NCBI RefSeq assembly: GCF_000142905.1
Contig: NW_013657645.1
Location: forward strand, 186,001-250,000
DNA length: 64,000 bases
Direction of reading: 5' to 3'
Source of the DNA: Thecamonas trahens ATCC 50062
Taxonomy: Eukaryota > Protista > Apusomonadida
Shown here: positions 54,001 through 64,000 of the stretch, piece after piece
Numbering within the stretch: the stretch's first letter is position 1
Layout: every line of letters starts with the position of its first letter
Translations under genes and position numbers: made by a program
The notes under the pieces: model-generated
Databases searched by the model: none
Told to the model about the DNA's origin: nothing
What the model saw: the letters and a program-made list of their open reading frames with translations, nothing else

Positions 54001-57000
54001 TTTCCCATCAACGACGCTTGGGTGGACGACTTGGTGTACACGCCTTCGACTGCCGACCGCCGCACGATGGATGACATGCCTGTATCCGGTATCATGATCT
54101 GGTCATCGGCTTTCGACGTTCCTGCGCTTCCCGGCATGCTTGGGCGCCTCAACGCGCACGTGTGGTTCAATCCTGCACTGGCAACCTTGGACTTGGTAGT
54201 TCGCGAGGCGTCGCTCGCGATCTCTTCGACCATCCACACCGGCGCCTCACAGCTCGAGATGGACCTGCCACCTGGCACTTACTCGCTGGAGCTATGGATG
54301 AGCTCAGCAGTCCCACTTGCTGTCTCGACCCGCACGCTTGTGGTGCCGCTGGGCCTGACGATCGATCTTGGAGTAGCAGAGGTCAACGACCAAGTCATTC
54401 CGCTGGTTGCGCAATGTGCGCCTGTTCCGGCCTTTCCGGCCCATCTCTCGCCCGAGATGCCGGCTCTGAACGGCGCGTTCCTGGCCGGCCTACGTTCCGG
54501 TGCCGGCCTGCCGCTGGCGGAGACAAGCCATACGCTGGCTTTTGCTGATGGCGCCCCGACGGTAGTCCGTGTCGAAACAGGGTACCACAAGGAGCTGGAC
54601 ATCGACGTCAGTGTCATAGGTCGCAGTCACATGGGCGGAGAACAAGTTGTGGCGTCTGCGAGCACCAAGGGGCATCGTGGGGAGTCGCTCTTTGTCTCGC
54701 CACCGTCAGGTGTGACGCTGACCGGTGTGCGGCTGCACGTGCAATCCTTGACCAGTGCAGCCGATCCATGTGCCGCTTTTCAAGTTTACGTGGCCACTGG
54801 CTACGATGCTGTCGAACCGCGACCGTGCCCAGCGTCCAACTCGCTGCCAGGTGTGGTCCAAGCTGCTACATCCAACTCGCCGCTGCATGCGCCGTTTGTC
54901 ATCGCACCGCCGCGGCACGAGGTGTTCTGGCTGGTGAGCAAGGTGGTGCCGGAAAAGGCAAGTGGTCGCGAGACTCTTGCCTCGTTTACCTTTGACATTA
55001 CCGACCACCTCCAGTTGATGCTTGAAGTGCTCTCAGACCCGCTGCTCTCACCCGTTGACATAGTACTCTACAGACATGTGGACGGCGCCGACTCGCGGCC
55101 TCGCGTGATGGCACGTTCAGTGCGGAGTGGACCGTCGGCTCGGATTGATCGACGGTCGCTCAAGCCGGGTCTGTACGAGGTGGCCTTTGCGGCAAGGACT
55201 GCGATGTGGGGTGCGCGATGCGCGCCTGTTGCGCTTGATCTTCGACTTGGTGCCCCAAGCATTCCACCACCACTGGCGCGCAGGCTGCCGGACGCACTTG
55301 TGGAGCCGTGGTTCGAATTGCCTGGCCTGCGCCCGGCGGTGTACGCATGGCAAAGCGACAACGCTGTGCTGCCCACGCCTGGGCTTGGGCGTGACTCGTC
55401 TGCTGTGGTCCACACCATGGCCATCACCGCAGTAGGACCGAGCGAACTTGTGGCCATTGCTGCGGCATGGGACTTTGATGTCGAGCTGGTGCTCTATGTT
55501 GCTGACAACTCCGAGGTCCCGCTGTTCTCGGCAGTTTCTGACTCTGCCGACGCGCCGGCAGCACTGCGTCTCGCACTTGATCCTATGCTTGCATCCGAGT
55601 ATGTGTTGGAGATTCGGGCGTCGAGTCGAAGTGACGGCCGGCACGTTGTCGTCGATGGGCTGCAGCTGGCACTGCAGCTGTCGCCTGCAGCGAGAGCTCC
55701 CACGACAAGCTGCCCTCCGAGCGCAGGACCAAGCCTCCCGACTCAGGTCCCGTTCGCCCCACCTGACTGGCCCTTTGTCCTGGCGCCAGCCCAGCGGCCG
55801 TTTGTGCTTGCCGGCGCCCGTGGCGGTGGTGCCAGCATGGACATGCCGTTCACGGTGACCTCCAAGGGCACAAGCCTGTTTGTCGAGCTTCGAGCGCCGC
55901 TGGCTTTGCCGCTGGTGGTGGCTGTATACACCAGCGGGGATGAGCGTCTTGTGGCGGCGGGGCGGCTCGGTGTGCACGCCGACATCACAGCCACCCTCTC
56001 GGTGCCACATCTAGAGGGTGGCTCATACCTGCTGCGCGTTTCGGAGCCGTCACAAGCCAGCAACGTCCGACCGACCTGTACTATGTTTGGCGCTACGGTT
56101 GTCTTTGCATCACGGCCCGAGGCGAGCGCGCAGCTGCCTCTCTGGCAGCACGATGCTGCGCTCCATGCAGTCGGAAGCTCGGGTGCAAACGGGTGGCTCC
56201 CAATTGATACAGAGGGATCGGTGTTTACCCGGTTCAGCTCACCGGACCTCGTTCTTCCGATGTCTGTGGCGCAGCCATCTGTGTTGAGCATGGCGGCGCA
56301 TGCGCTTTGCGACGAGCTCGAGTGCGAGATTCCGCAACTGGAGCTGCACCAGATTGATAGCGACGGGACACGTCGATGCTTGGCATGCACAACGTCTGAC
56401 GGCGCCGGCGCACGGGCCTTGGCCATGCTGCAACCTTTGCCGACGACGTACGAGGTCAAGCTGTCTGGCCGTGGCCTCGTCGGAGTGGAGTGGGCAGCGG
56501 CACGCCTGGATGCTGTGGAGGACTGGGCGAGAGCCCTCAATAGAGCCGACACGACCGATGAGGTCAATCACCCACTGGTGGATGCTGCGGCTGGGCTCGA
56601 ATCACTGGCACTACGCGCAGGGGCTACAGGCGCCACGTTACCACGGACGCGAATCCGAGTTGCTCCGGGCTGGGGCCGGCTGGTAGGCGAGCTGCCACTC
56701 AAAATGACGAGCGGACAGCCTGGCGTTCTGGAGGCGTCGTTGTACTACGATGCAGAGTTTGGGGCGCTTGAGCTCGAGCTTGTCGGCGTCGGTGGGAGCG
56801 AGGTGCTTGAGTTTGAGCACGAGTATGGACAGAATCGAGTCGTGGTGCGCGGCGTGATGGCTGGCCATGGCGAGTATGTGCTGCGCATCTCTGTGCCCGT
56901 TTGGGCGGATGGCGAGAAGCCGACCAGTCTGCAACGGCTAGGATTCTCGTTTTGGCTGGCAGCCGATGTGCTTGTCGACAACGACGACGGCCAGAGCCCC

Positions 57001-58959
57001 AGCCCCTGCTTGCCAACCTCGGTCCTCCCTATTGGGGGTATCGAAAGCGGTGCCGGAGAGAAACTCTCGTTTGTCGCCGACGCGGTGGAGCTGTCGAGCT
57101 CGGGCCGGCTTTCATCTTGGCTGACTCTCTCGGACGAGATGATGGTGATGGTGATGGTGACGCTGAGTGACGATCTCGTGGCCGCCTCCCATGGAGAGGG
57201 CAACGCTGTCGGTGTGGCGCCGATCAGCATCGAGTTTTACGCTGAAGGCGTGACATTGCTTCCCCAGGCAACTGCGTATGTGGGTGGACAAGCAGTGGCA
57301 ACGTTCCGGTTAGCTCAAGGGACAATGCAGCTCTCACTTGCTTACGATGCACACCTTGTGCGCGACGCTGAGTGCGCCACGGTTGCGCTGGCGGTGGAGG
57401 GGCGAGCTGCTGGCGCGGCAGCGGTGGATGCGCTTTGTCCGGTGTTGGGCGACACAGGCGTGCCATCCAAACCCCAAGTCCTGAAGGTAGGCGTCGGGGG
57501 CGAGACACAGGCGCAAGCTTCGTTTGTAGCATCGGTTCCACTGGATGTGCAGACTCTCGTGCCTCACCGAATCGAGGTTCCGATCCAGATTACCGGTAGC
57601 GAGTCACAGGCGCGGGTTGTGGCAGCGATTGGCTTCTCGCCGTTTGCTTCGCTTCTCGAAGGCGGAGTGTATGACGGCGGGCGACTTGTAGCAGAGTTTG
57701 AGCTGAGTCCAAACGGGCTGGGATCTGACCTGGTGGCTCGACTCGACACCGAGCTCAAAGCAGGCTTGTACACGCTGGTGGCCAACGCGGTGGGGATGTC
57801 GGACCTGGGGCTTCGAGCGCCACTCTGCGGCGAGCTCGACATTGATGTGGTTGTCACACTCGATGGAGCACAGGTGGTCGCTGCGGTGTCACCAGCACGA
57901 TGGCATGAGCTCCGACCCGGACTCGGGTTTGTGGTTCGGGTCACGCTTCCAAGTGTCTACCACCAGCTAGCTGCATCGGACGTGGCCAGTGCGTTTGCAC
58001 TCGATGTAGGCATGCTGCCGTCGCCTGAAGAGGCGCGGAGAGTAGACGATGTCGAGTGGGAGCTCGGATGGGGCGCGAACCAGATCCCGTGGCCGGACCA
58101 GCCGTCGGCACTGAGCGAGTTTGGGCTTGTGCTTGTGCCCGGATCCCAGCTCGAGGGAATAGAGCTACAACTGACGACCTCGTATGGGGCTGTGGATTGC
58201 GGCGGGCACGGCCGGATGGACCCTGCCGACGCAGCAGTGGCATGCTTGTGCGATATTGGATACGGCGGGCACCACTGCACAGGATGTATGCCCGGATTTG
58301 AAGCCGGGCCGTCCGGCACAAGCTGCATCCGACCGGTGACATGTAGGCCCGGTGAGTGCGGGGCACACGGGACATGTGAGGTCGCTCCCGGCGGCGATGC
58401 CAAGGCTTGTCAATGTCGAGACGGATACACAGGGAGAGTCTGCGAAATCGTACCATACCCCTGCCTGTGGGGCTGTCAGACCGGTGTTGGGCGATGCGAC
58501 AGCGCGATCGGGCGTTGCATTTGTCCGTCAGAGCACTTTGTCAACGACGGTACGTGCACACAGTGCAAAGACGGGTGGTCGGGCACAACGTGTGAGGTGT
58601 ACTCGTTCGAGGCCGAGACGTCCACGCAGGCCAAACAAGAGCTGGGCGGATGGATCGGACTCGTGGCTTTTGTGGTTGTCCTCCTCGGCGTCGGCGGAGG
58701 CGCGGCGTGGTCGCTGCATCGCTCGCTTCGGCGGGCGCGGCAAGCGCACTCGTTTGCCCGACTGGACGATGTCGAGGGCGCGGCTGAGCTCGAACCACTC
58801 TCCGACCTGATCGATGGCCTCGAATCGTCCATCGAAGGCGAAGTCGGCGAGCGTGTTGAAGCTGGCGAGGCCGAAGAGGGCAGCCATGATGGCGGTGGCA
58901 GCGATGGTGACATCGGTAGCGGCAGCAGCGGCAGCGGCGCTACAGCGGCGTTTGAATGA
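48034..58959 (+). CDS. Giant (~3600 aa) type I surface protein with beta-sandwich modules, Ig-like and EGF/laminin-EGF domains; three apparent frameshifts (~48540, ~48985, ~53460)
   Basis: Signal peptide in ORF 47914; protein-like sequence continues through frames 48492, 49166 and 53491; EGF clusters CFCYGHGSC...C.C.PPYAGDHC and CGGHG...C.C..GYGG.HC; TM WIGLVAFVVVLLGVGGGAAW. Confidence 0.75.
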
Positions 58960-59110
58960 ATCCTGTCCGCCCCCCCCCCCCCAATCGAACGAATGGGCGG
59001 GTCGAACGGGTTCGAGGGAAGAAGGGTGAGGAACAGGAGTGGTGGTGGGGGTGTGTGGGTGGCGCGGGCTGGGGTTGAAGGGGACACGCTCAACTCTAGC
59101 AGAGGACACC

Positions 59111-60165
59111 ATGAGCGCCAGTCTTCCGAAGCGCATTGTCAAGGTATGAGCTGCTGCTGCTGCTTCTGTGTGTGTGGGGGGGGAGGGGGGGGGGGAGGGG
59201 AGGGAGGGAGAAGGTGGGAGACTGTGGAAGGTGGGGCGGGGAAAAAGTGGCAGGGGAAGGAGGAGGAGCTACGGAACGAGGGAGTGGGGCATGTGCAGGG
59301 AAGGGAAGAGGGGGAAGGGCGGTGATAGTGGCGCCGAGTAGGAGGATGGAAAAGGCATGGGCGTGTGCGGGGTGGTGGCGGAGGGCGTTGGCGTATGCGT
59401 GTGTGTGTGTGTGTGGTGGCGTGGGAGGTGGCGTGGGTAGGCACACGAGGGGAGTAGGGCGGGGGAGACGAGTAAGTCAGCTAGCTGNNNNNNNNNNNNN
59501 NNNNNNNNNNNNNNNNNNNNNNNNNNNNNNNNNNNNNNNNNNNNNNNNNNNNNNNNNNNNNNNNNNNNNNNNNNNNNNNNNNNNNNNCAAAGTACAATCC
59601 TACGCATAGGGGGGGGGGGGGGGAGAAGGGCGGCAGGATGGGGGCGGGAGGAATGGCAGGATGTGAGCTGGCGATTGCTCACGCACAAGACCTGGCTGAT
59701 CTGGTGGGGGTGGGGGGGTGGGACATGGGGTGAGAGTAGGAGACGCAGAAGCTTCTGTCTGCGCCGCCGCCGGGCATCTCTGCGACGCCGCACGAGGACA
59801 ACCTGCGGTACTTCCGGGTGATGATTGCGGGCCCGTCTGCATCTGCGTACGAGGGCGGGATCTTTGTACTGGAGCTCTTCCTGACGGACTCGTATCCGAT
59901 GGCTGCGCCCAAGGTGCGGTTCCTGACCAAGATCTACCACCCGAATGTGGACAAGCTTGGGCGGATCTGCCTGGACATTCTCAAGGACCGGTGGTCGCCT
60001 GCGCTGCAGATCCGGACGGTTCTGCTCTCGATCCAGGCACTGCTGTCTGCGCCGAACCCGGACGACCCACTTGCCAACGATGTGGCAGAGCATTGGAAGT
60101 CGGACGAGGCCGACGCCATCCGGACCGCCGGCGAGTGGACGCGGATGTATGCTATGCCCGAGTAG
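59111..60165 (+). CDS. UBC13: Ubiquitin-conjugating enzyme E2 N (Ubc13); join(59111..59143, 59740..60165)
   Basis: [11 protein letters not shown]|ETQKLL...GISATP.E.NLRYF...[62 protein letters not shown]. Confidence 0.97.
59488..59587. other. Assembly gap (100 N) inside the UBC13 intron
   Basis: N run. Confidence 1.
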
Positions 60166-60337
60166 GGACGGCGCTAAGGAGCGAGCGCAGAGTGCGGCCG
60201 CGCCGAGCCTGCTGTCGGTGAGCGTGGCGAGTGGCCAAGCTTGTTGGCAAGCGCGGGTGCGCGCCTCAACCCAGGCGCGGAGTCGATAAAGAGTTGCTGT
60301 AGGCGAGGGGGGGGGGATGGGACACGATACCGACCAT

Positions 60338-61954
60338 TTACTCGTTGGCGTCGGCAGGCACGCCGACTTGTGTGACCCGACCAGCGGGGACAAAGGCGTC
60401 AGGGCCAAGATGCGAGCCGACCTTGCGCAAATAGTCGATGAAGAGGGCAGAGATATGCGGACCGTCGTCGCCAAGATCCTCGACAATGGTGCCGCGCAGC
60501 CACGAGTCGACCGAGTCACCGCCGACGGCCATGAACGACGTGATGGTGATACGGATGGTGTCGGTGTTGTCTTCGGAGAGGTCGAGCGGGACCGAGCCGA
60601 GCTTGATGGCGAGCACGCGCTCGCCGACGGGGAGGCTGGCGTCAAACTCCATGGCCAGCGACGAGGAGAGGTGCGGGAATGAGCCCGCAGCGTCGGGAGC
60701 ATTGATGAGCATCTGCTCGAGCGCTGCCTTGAAGATGGCGGGCGTGAGTTCGATGAGCGAGATGGTCTTGGGGAACGGCAGCTCATACTGCAGGTCGCCA
60801 GCGGTGATGTCGCACGGCCCGGGGTATGTCTTGTTACCGCGGACAAAGCCGCCATTGATGATGCCGCCGACGGCACCCTTGCCAGCAAAGTAGGCATGCA
60901 TGCAGTCGGCGATGAGGTTGCAGATCGGAGCCTCACGACGGCGGATGACTTCGGAGCGGGTGTCGAGGACGCAGCCGTCGGGGACGGAGAAGAGGACCTC
61001 GTTGCCACCGTTTGCAGCGATGCGAGCTGCCTGCTCGGCCTTAAACTTGGCAAGGACGGCGGTGATGTCCGGGTGCGGAACGCGCGAGTGGTTGGCAAGG
61101 AGAGTAGGCGAGGCGACGACGTTGACGGCGCCGTCGTGGTGCGGATGGAAGACCACGTCAATGATGCCCAGGTAATGGTTGTCCATGCCGGTCTTGACCA
61201 GCAGTGTCTCTTCCTCATACGAGACCATAGGTGCATGGTCGTGGCCGCCGAGGAGGAGCTTGATGGCTGGCACGCCCTGGGCGAGGGCACGGTCGCCGGC
61301 CTCGCGCAGATGGGTGAGGGCAAAGACGGCGTCGACCGAGGGAGCGAGCTCCGCGACGGCAGCGGCAGCCACGTCAACGGGCTGGCCAAAGACGATGTCT
61401 TCCGAGGGGAACGAGAGGTTCGGGGTGGCTGGAGTGCAGAGGCCGATGAAGCCGACCTTGACACCAGCGGCGTCGGAGCCTGCGGCGGGCGGCGGGTTGA
61501 CGTCGACAACGTGCCAGCGGGCGGCGCCCGGCATGAGATCGAGCTCGCGCCAGTCGGCAGGCGTCGCAGACGAGCCTGCGGAGCGGACAAAGACGTTGGT
61601 GCCGAGCCACGGATACGACGAGGCCTGCATGTAGCGCGAGAGGACCTCGTCGCCAAAGTCGAACTCGTGGTTGCCCACCACCACCATGTCCGGCGCAAGC
61701 ACCTCGAGCATCTCCACCACGTGCCGGCCCTCAAAGGCCTCCCCGAGCGCCGATCCGCCCAGAAAGTCGCCGCAGACCACAAAGAGCGACGGAATGCCCT
61801 CATTCGCCGCCCGCGCCCGCTCCTCCTCCAGCAGCGATGCGAGCTGGGCCCATCCGCCGAGCCCACGCCCGTTGGGGCCCTCTGAGTACACATCGTTGAC
61901 GGTGAAGATCCGCAGCCGCGGCACGGCCGGGGGCGGACAGGGGGGTGCCGCCAT
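60338..61954 (-). CDS. Bifunctional metallophosphatase / 5'-nucleotidase (no signal peptide)
   Basis: NDVY, GDF, GNHEFD, LTH, GGHDH motifs; C-terminal R..E..ICNLIAD, INGGFVRG, ELPFP, FMAVGGD. Confidence 0.92.
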   Translation of the reverse strand: MAAPPCPPPAVPRLRIFTVNDVYSEGPNGRGLGGWAQLASLLEEERARAANEGIPSLFVVCGDFLGGSALGEAFEGRHVVEMLEVLAPDMVVVGNHEFDFGDEVLSRYMQASSYPWLGTNVFVRSAGSSATPADWRELDLMPGAARWHVVDVNPPPAAGSDAAGVKVGFIGLCTPATPNLSFPSEDIVFGQPVDVAAAAVAELAPSVDAVFALTHLREAGDRALAQGVPAIKLLLGGHDHAPMVSYEEETLLVKTGMDNHYLGIIDVVFHPHHDGAVNVVASPTLLANHSRVPHPDITAVLAKFKAEQAARIAANGGNEVLFSVPDGCVLDTRSEVIRRREAPICNLIADCMHAYFAGKGAVGGIINGGFVRGNKTYPGPCDITAGDLQYELPFPKTISLIELTPAIFKAALEQMLINAPDAAGSFPHLSSSLAMEFDASLPVGERVLAIKLGSVPLDLSEDNTDTIRITITSFMAVGGDSVDSWLRGTIVEDLGDDGPHISALFIDYLRKVGSHLGPDAFVPAGRVTQVGVPADANE

Positions 61955-62471
61955 GTGTGTGTGTGTGGGAACGGGAGGGGAGGGAGGAGGGAGTTGTGTG
62001 TGGGGGGGGTGGGTGGGTAGTGGCGGGGTGGGTGTGTGGGGGTGGGGGGGGTGTTCGGTGGCTGTTCGGCGGGTGGGCGGGTGTTCGGCGGGTGGGCGGG
62101 TGTTCGGCGGGTGGGCGGGGTGAAGGGGAGGGGGGGGGTGTGTGACCAGGTGATGACGGAGCAGAAGCAATGGGCATCATGCCGATGGAGGGGAGGGGGA
62201 TGGTGGGATAGTGGTGGTGGATGGGATAGTGGTGGTGGATGGGATGGTGGCTGTGGTGGCTGTGGTGGCTTTGGTGGTGCTTGCTACTGGCGATGACACC
62301 ATCGACCATCCAGGTGGGCTGTGGAGGATGGGGGAGGGGGGGGGGGGGGTGGTGGAGGGGAGGGGAGGGGAGGGGGGAGGGCGAGGTGGGCTGTCTCTCC
62401 CTCCTCCTCCTCCCCCTCCTCCTCCTCCCCTCCCTCCACCCCTCCACACTACCCGTCTCGGTATCTCCGCC

Positions 62472-63862
62472 ATGGCTGCTGCCACACGCACAGGCTTTGG
62501 CCACGAGCACGACGCCTTTGTCCGTGCGGTGCCGGTCAAGCACGTACGTCCCGGGAGGAAGGGAGAGGGGGAGGCAGAGGAGGCACACCCCGCCATGGTG
62601 GCACACACTCACACATGCGACTGCAACACCACCCCGGACTGGCATGGCACCACCACGGACTGGCATGGCACCTCCACGGACTGGCATGGCACCACCACGG
62701 ACTGGCATGGCACCACCACGGACTGGCATGGCACCACCACGGACTGGCATGGCACCACCACGGACTGGCATATGACACCCTCACGGGCTCGGTTGCCCTG
62801 TTACCCACTCGGATGACATCGCGCACGCTACGCCATGCGAGGAGACAGGCCACGGTGGACGACGAGTACGTGACGTACTACGATGTGGGCCCACGGAGCG
62901 TGACCGGGGCAGAGACGAGCAGCAGGCTCGAGGGCGACGAAACCACTCCGCCACTGATATGCATCGGCGGCCTGGCCGAGTCGGCAGCGTGCTTCTTCCG
63001 ACAGCTGCTCTCGCTGGGATCGCTCGGCTATCGTGTGGTGGCCCTCTCGCTGCCGCCGCGCCAAACGTTTCCAGGCCTGGCAGCTGTGGTGATCGGCCTC
63101 TGCGCCCACCTTGGCATCGACCGCGCTGTGCTTGTTGGCTCGGGCCTCGGCGGGTTTGTGGCTCAGGTCGTTACGCAAGAGTGTCCGGACCTGGCTGCCG
63201 GCCTGGTCCTCATCAACGCATTTGTGGACCTGGCGCACTTTGCCTCTGACCTCTCGTGCGTCCCACTCATCGGCTTTATGCCCGACGTCATCATCCGCCG
63301 CAAGCTGCTCTCGCGGCTGCCGTCGGGGCTTGTCGCTCCCGAGGTGGCCGACTCGATCGACTTTATGGTCGAGCAGGTTGAGCAGCTCCCGCGCAACGCC
63401 ATCATCTCCCGCTGCCGGGCTCTGGCCTCGCACTACGACCTCGACGGACCGGTCCCGCTCGATGAGGACCACATCCTCATCATCGACGCACTCGACGACG
63501 TCGCTGTCCCGCCCAAAGCCCGCGCCGAAGTGGTCAAGTTTTATCCCAACGCCCGGGTTGCGGAGCTCAAGACCGGCTCCAACTTTCCGCACCTAGCTGT
63601 CGCCCTCGACGTCCACATGCACATGCAGGTTTTCTTCCGCGCCTGCGGCTGGGCTCCGGCCAACTCGGAGCCCGACGAGCCCGAGCCAGCTGACCACCCG
63701 TCGAACTCCGAGCCGCTACCGGATGCGTCGAGCATGCCGTTCCCCACCGCCACGCTCCCGTCGTGGTCTTCGGCCTCGGCCGCACCCGCACCCGTTGTCT
63801 TTGACTCGTTCTCTGGCGGCTTTGACGAAGCCGACGACGAGGACGCCGCCGACTTTTTCTAA
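62472..63862 (+). CDS. SPG21: Maspardin (alpha/beta-hydrolase fold); join(62472..62543, 62849..63862)
   Basis: F...VP.K, YD.GPRS, PLIC.GG, FFRQLL.L...GYRV, G..LGGF.AQ, SIDFMVEQ, Y.NARVAELKTGSNFP.L; phase-0 GTACGT...ACAG intron. Confidence 0.9.
62635..62771. repeat. 21-bp minisatellite (~6.5 copies) in the SPG21 intron
   Basis: Unit CGGACTGGCATGGCACCACCA in tandem with no spacers. Confidence 0.95.
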
Positions 63863-64000
63863 CTACAACTCCCTTTGTGGCACGGTCATTGAGGCGTCGG
63901 TGACGCGAGGTCCATGCTCACGACTTGGGCCCGTCCGCTCTGCTGGCGCGGCACGGCGCCCTGCTCCTGTACGCCGCCATTCCATGCTGACGCCGACGCC

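Noticed and set aside
62635-62771. 21-bp, 24-bp (30958) and 27-bp (21537) repeats as CRISPR-like arrays
   Set aside because: Units are head-to-tail without unique spacers, there are no cas genes, and the context is eukaryotic.

Overview
GC-rich, very compact, intron-poor eukaryotic DNA from a flagellated protist. Evidence: CFAP221, GT-AG introns with GTAYGY donors, and three 100-N scaffold gaps. The overall style suggests an apusomonad such as Thecamonas, which is an unverified inference. About 24 protein-coding genes can be supported. Recognisable ones are an MTRFR/C12orf65-type release factor, peroxisomal citrate synthase, a sirtuin, NOSIP, UPRT, CFAP221, TMEM97, PP4R3/SMEK, an ML/NPC2 protein, GRASP, UBC13, a 5'-nucleotidase and maspardin. 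There are also several surface receptors and orphans. Ten first introns were reconstructed by hand. No rRNA, tRNA, CRISPR or transposase was recognised. Two loci stand out. (1) 15.8-21.4 kb is a three-gene, integrin-like cassette. A membrane-anchored FG-GAP propeller lies head-to-head with a PA14/fibro-slime receptor carrying an integrin-beta-type NPxY-x8-xPxY tail, and the next gene is a SAM-PH-(talin/kindlin F3-like) adaptor. (2) 2.4-6.2 kb has two unrelated orphan genes pointing away from a 567-bp, ~98% identical inverted repeat around an asymmetric 303-bp spacer, a candidate duplicated or invertible promoter. Also seen: a 110-bp ~85% AT island, promoter minisatellites and seven apparent frameshifts, probably assembly indels.
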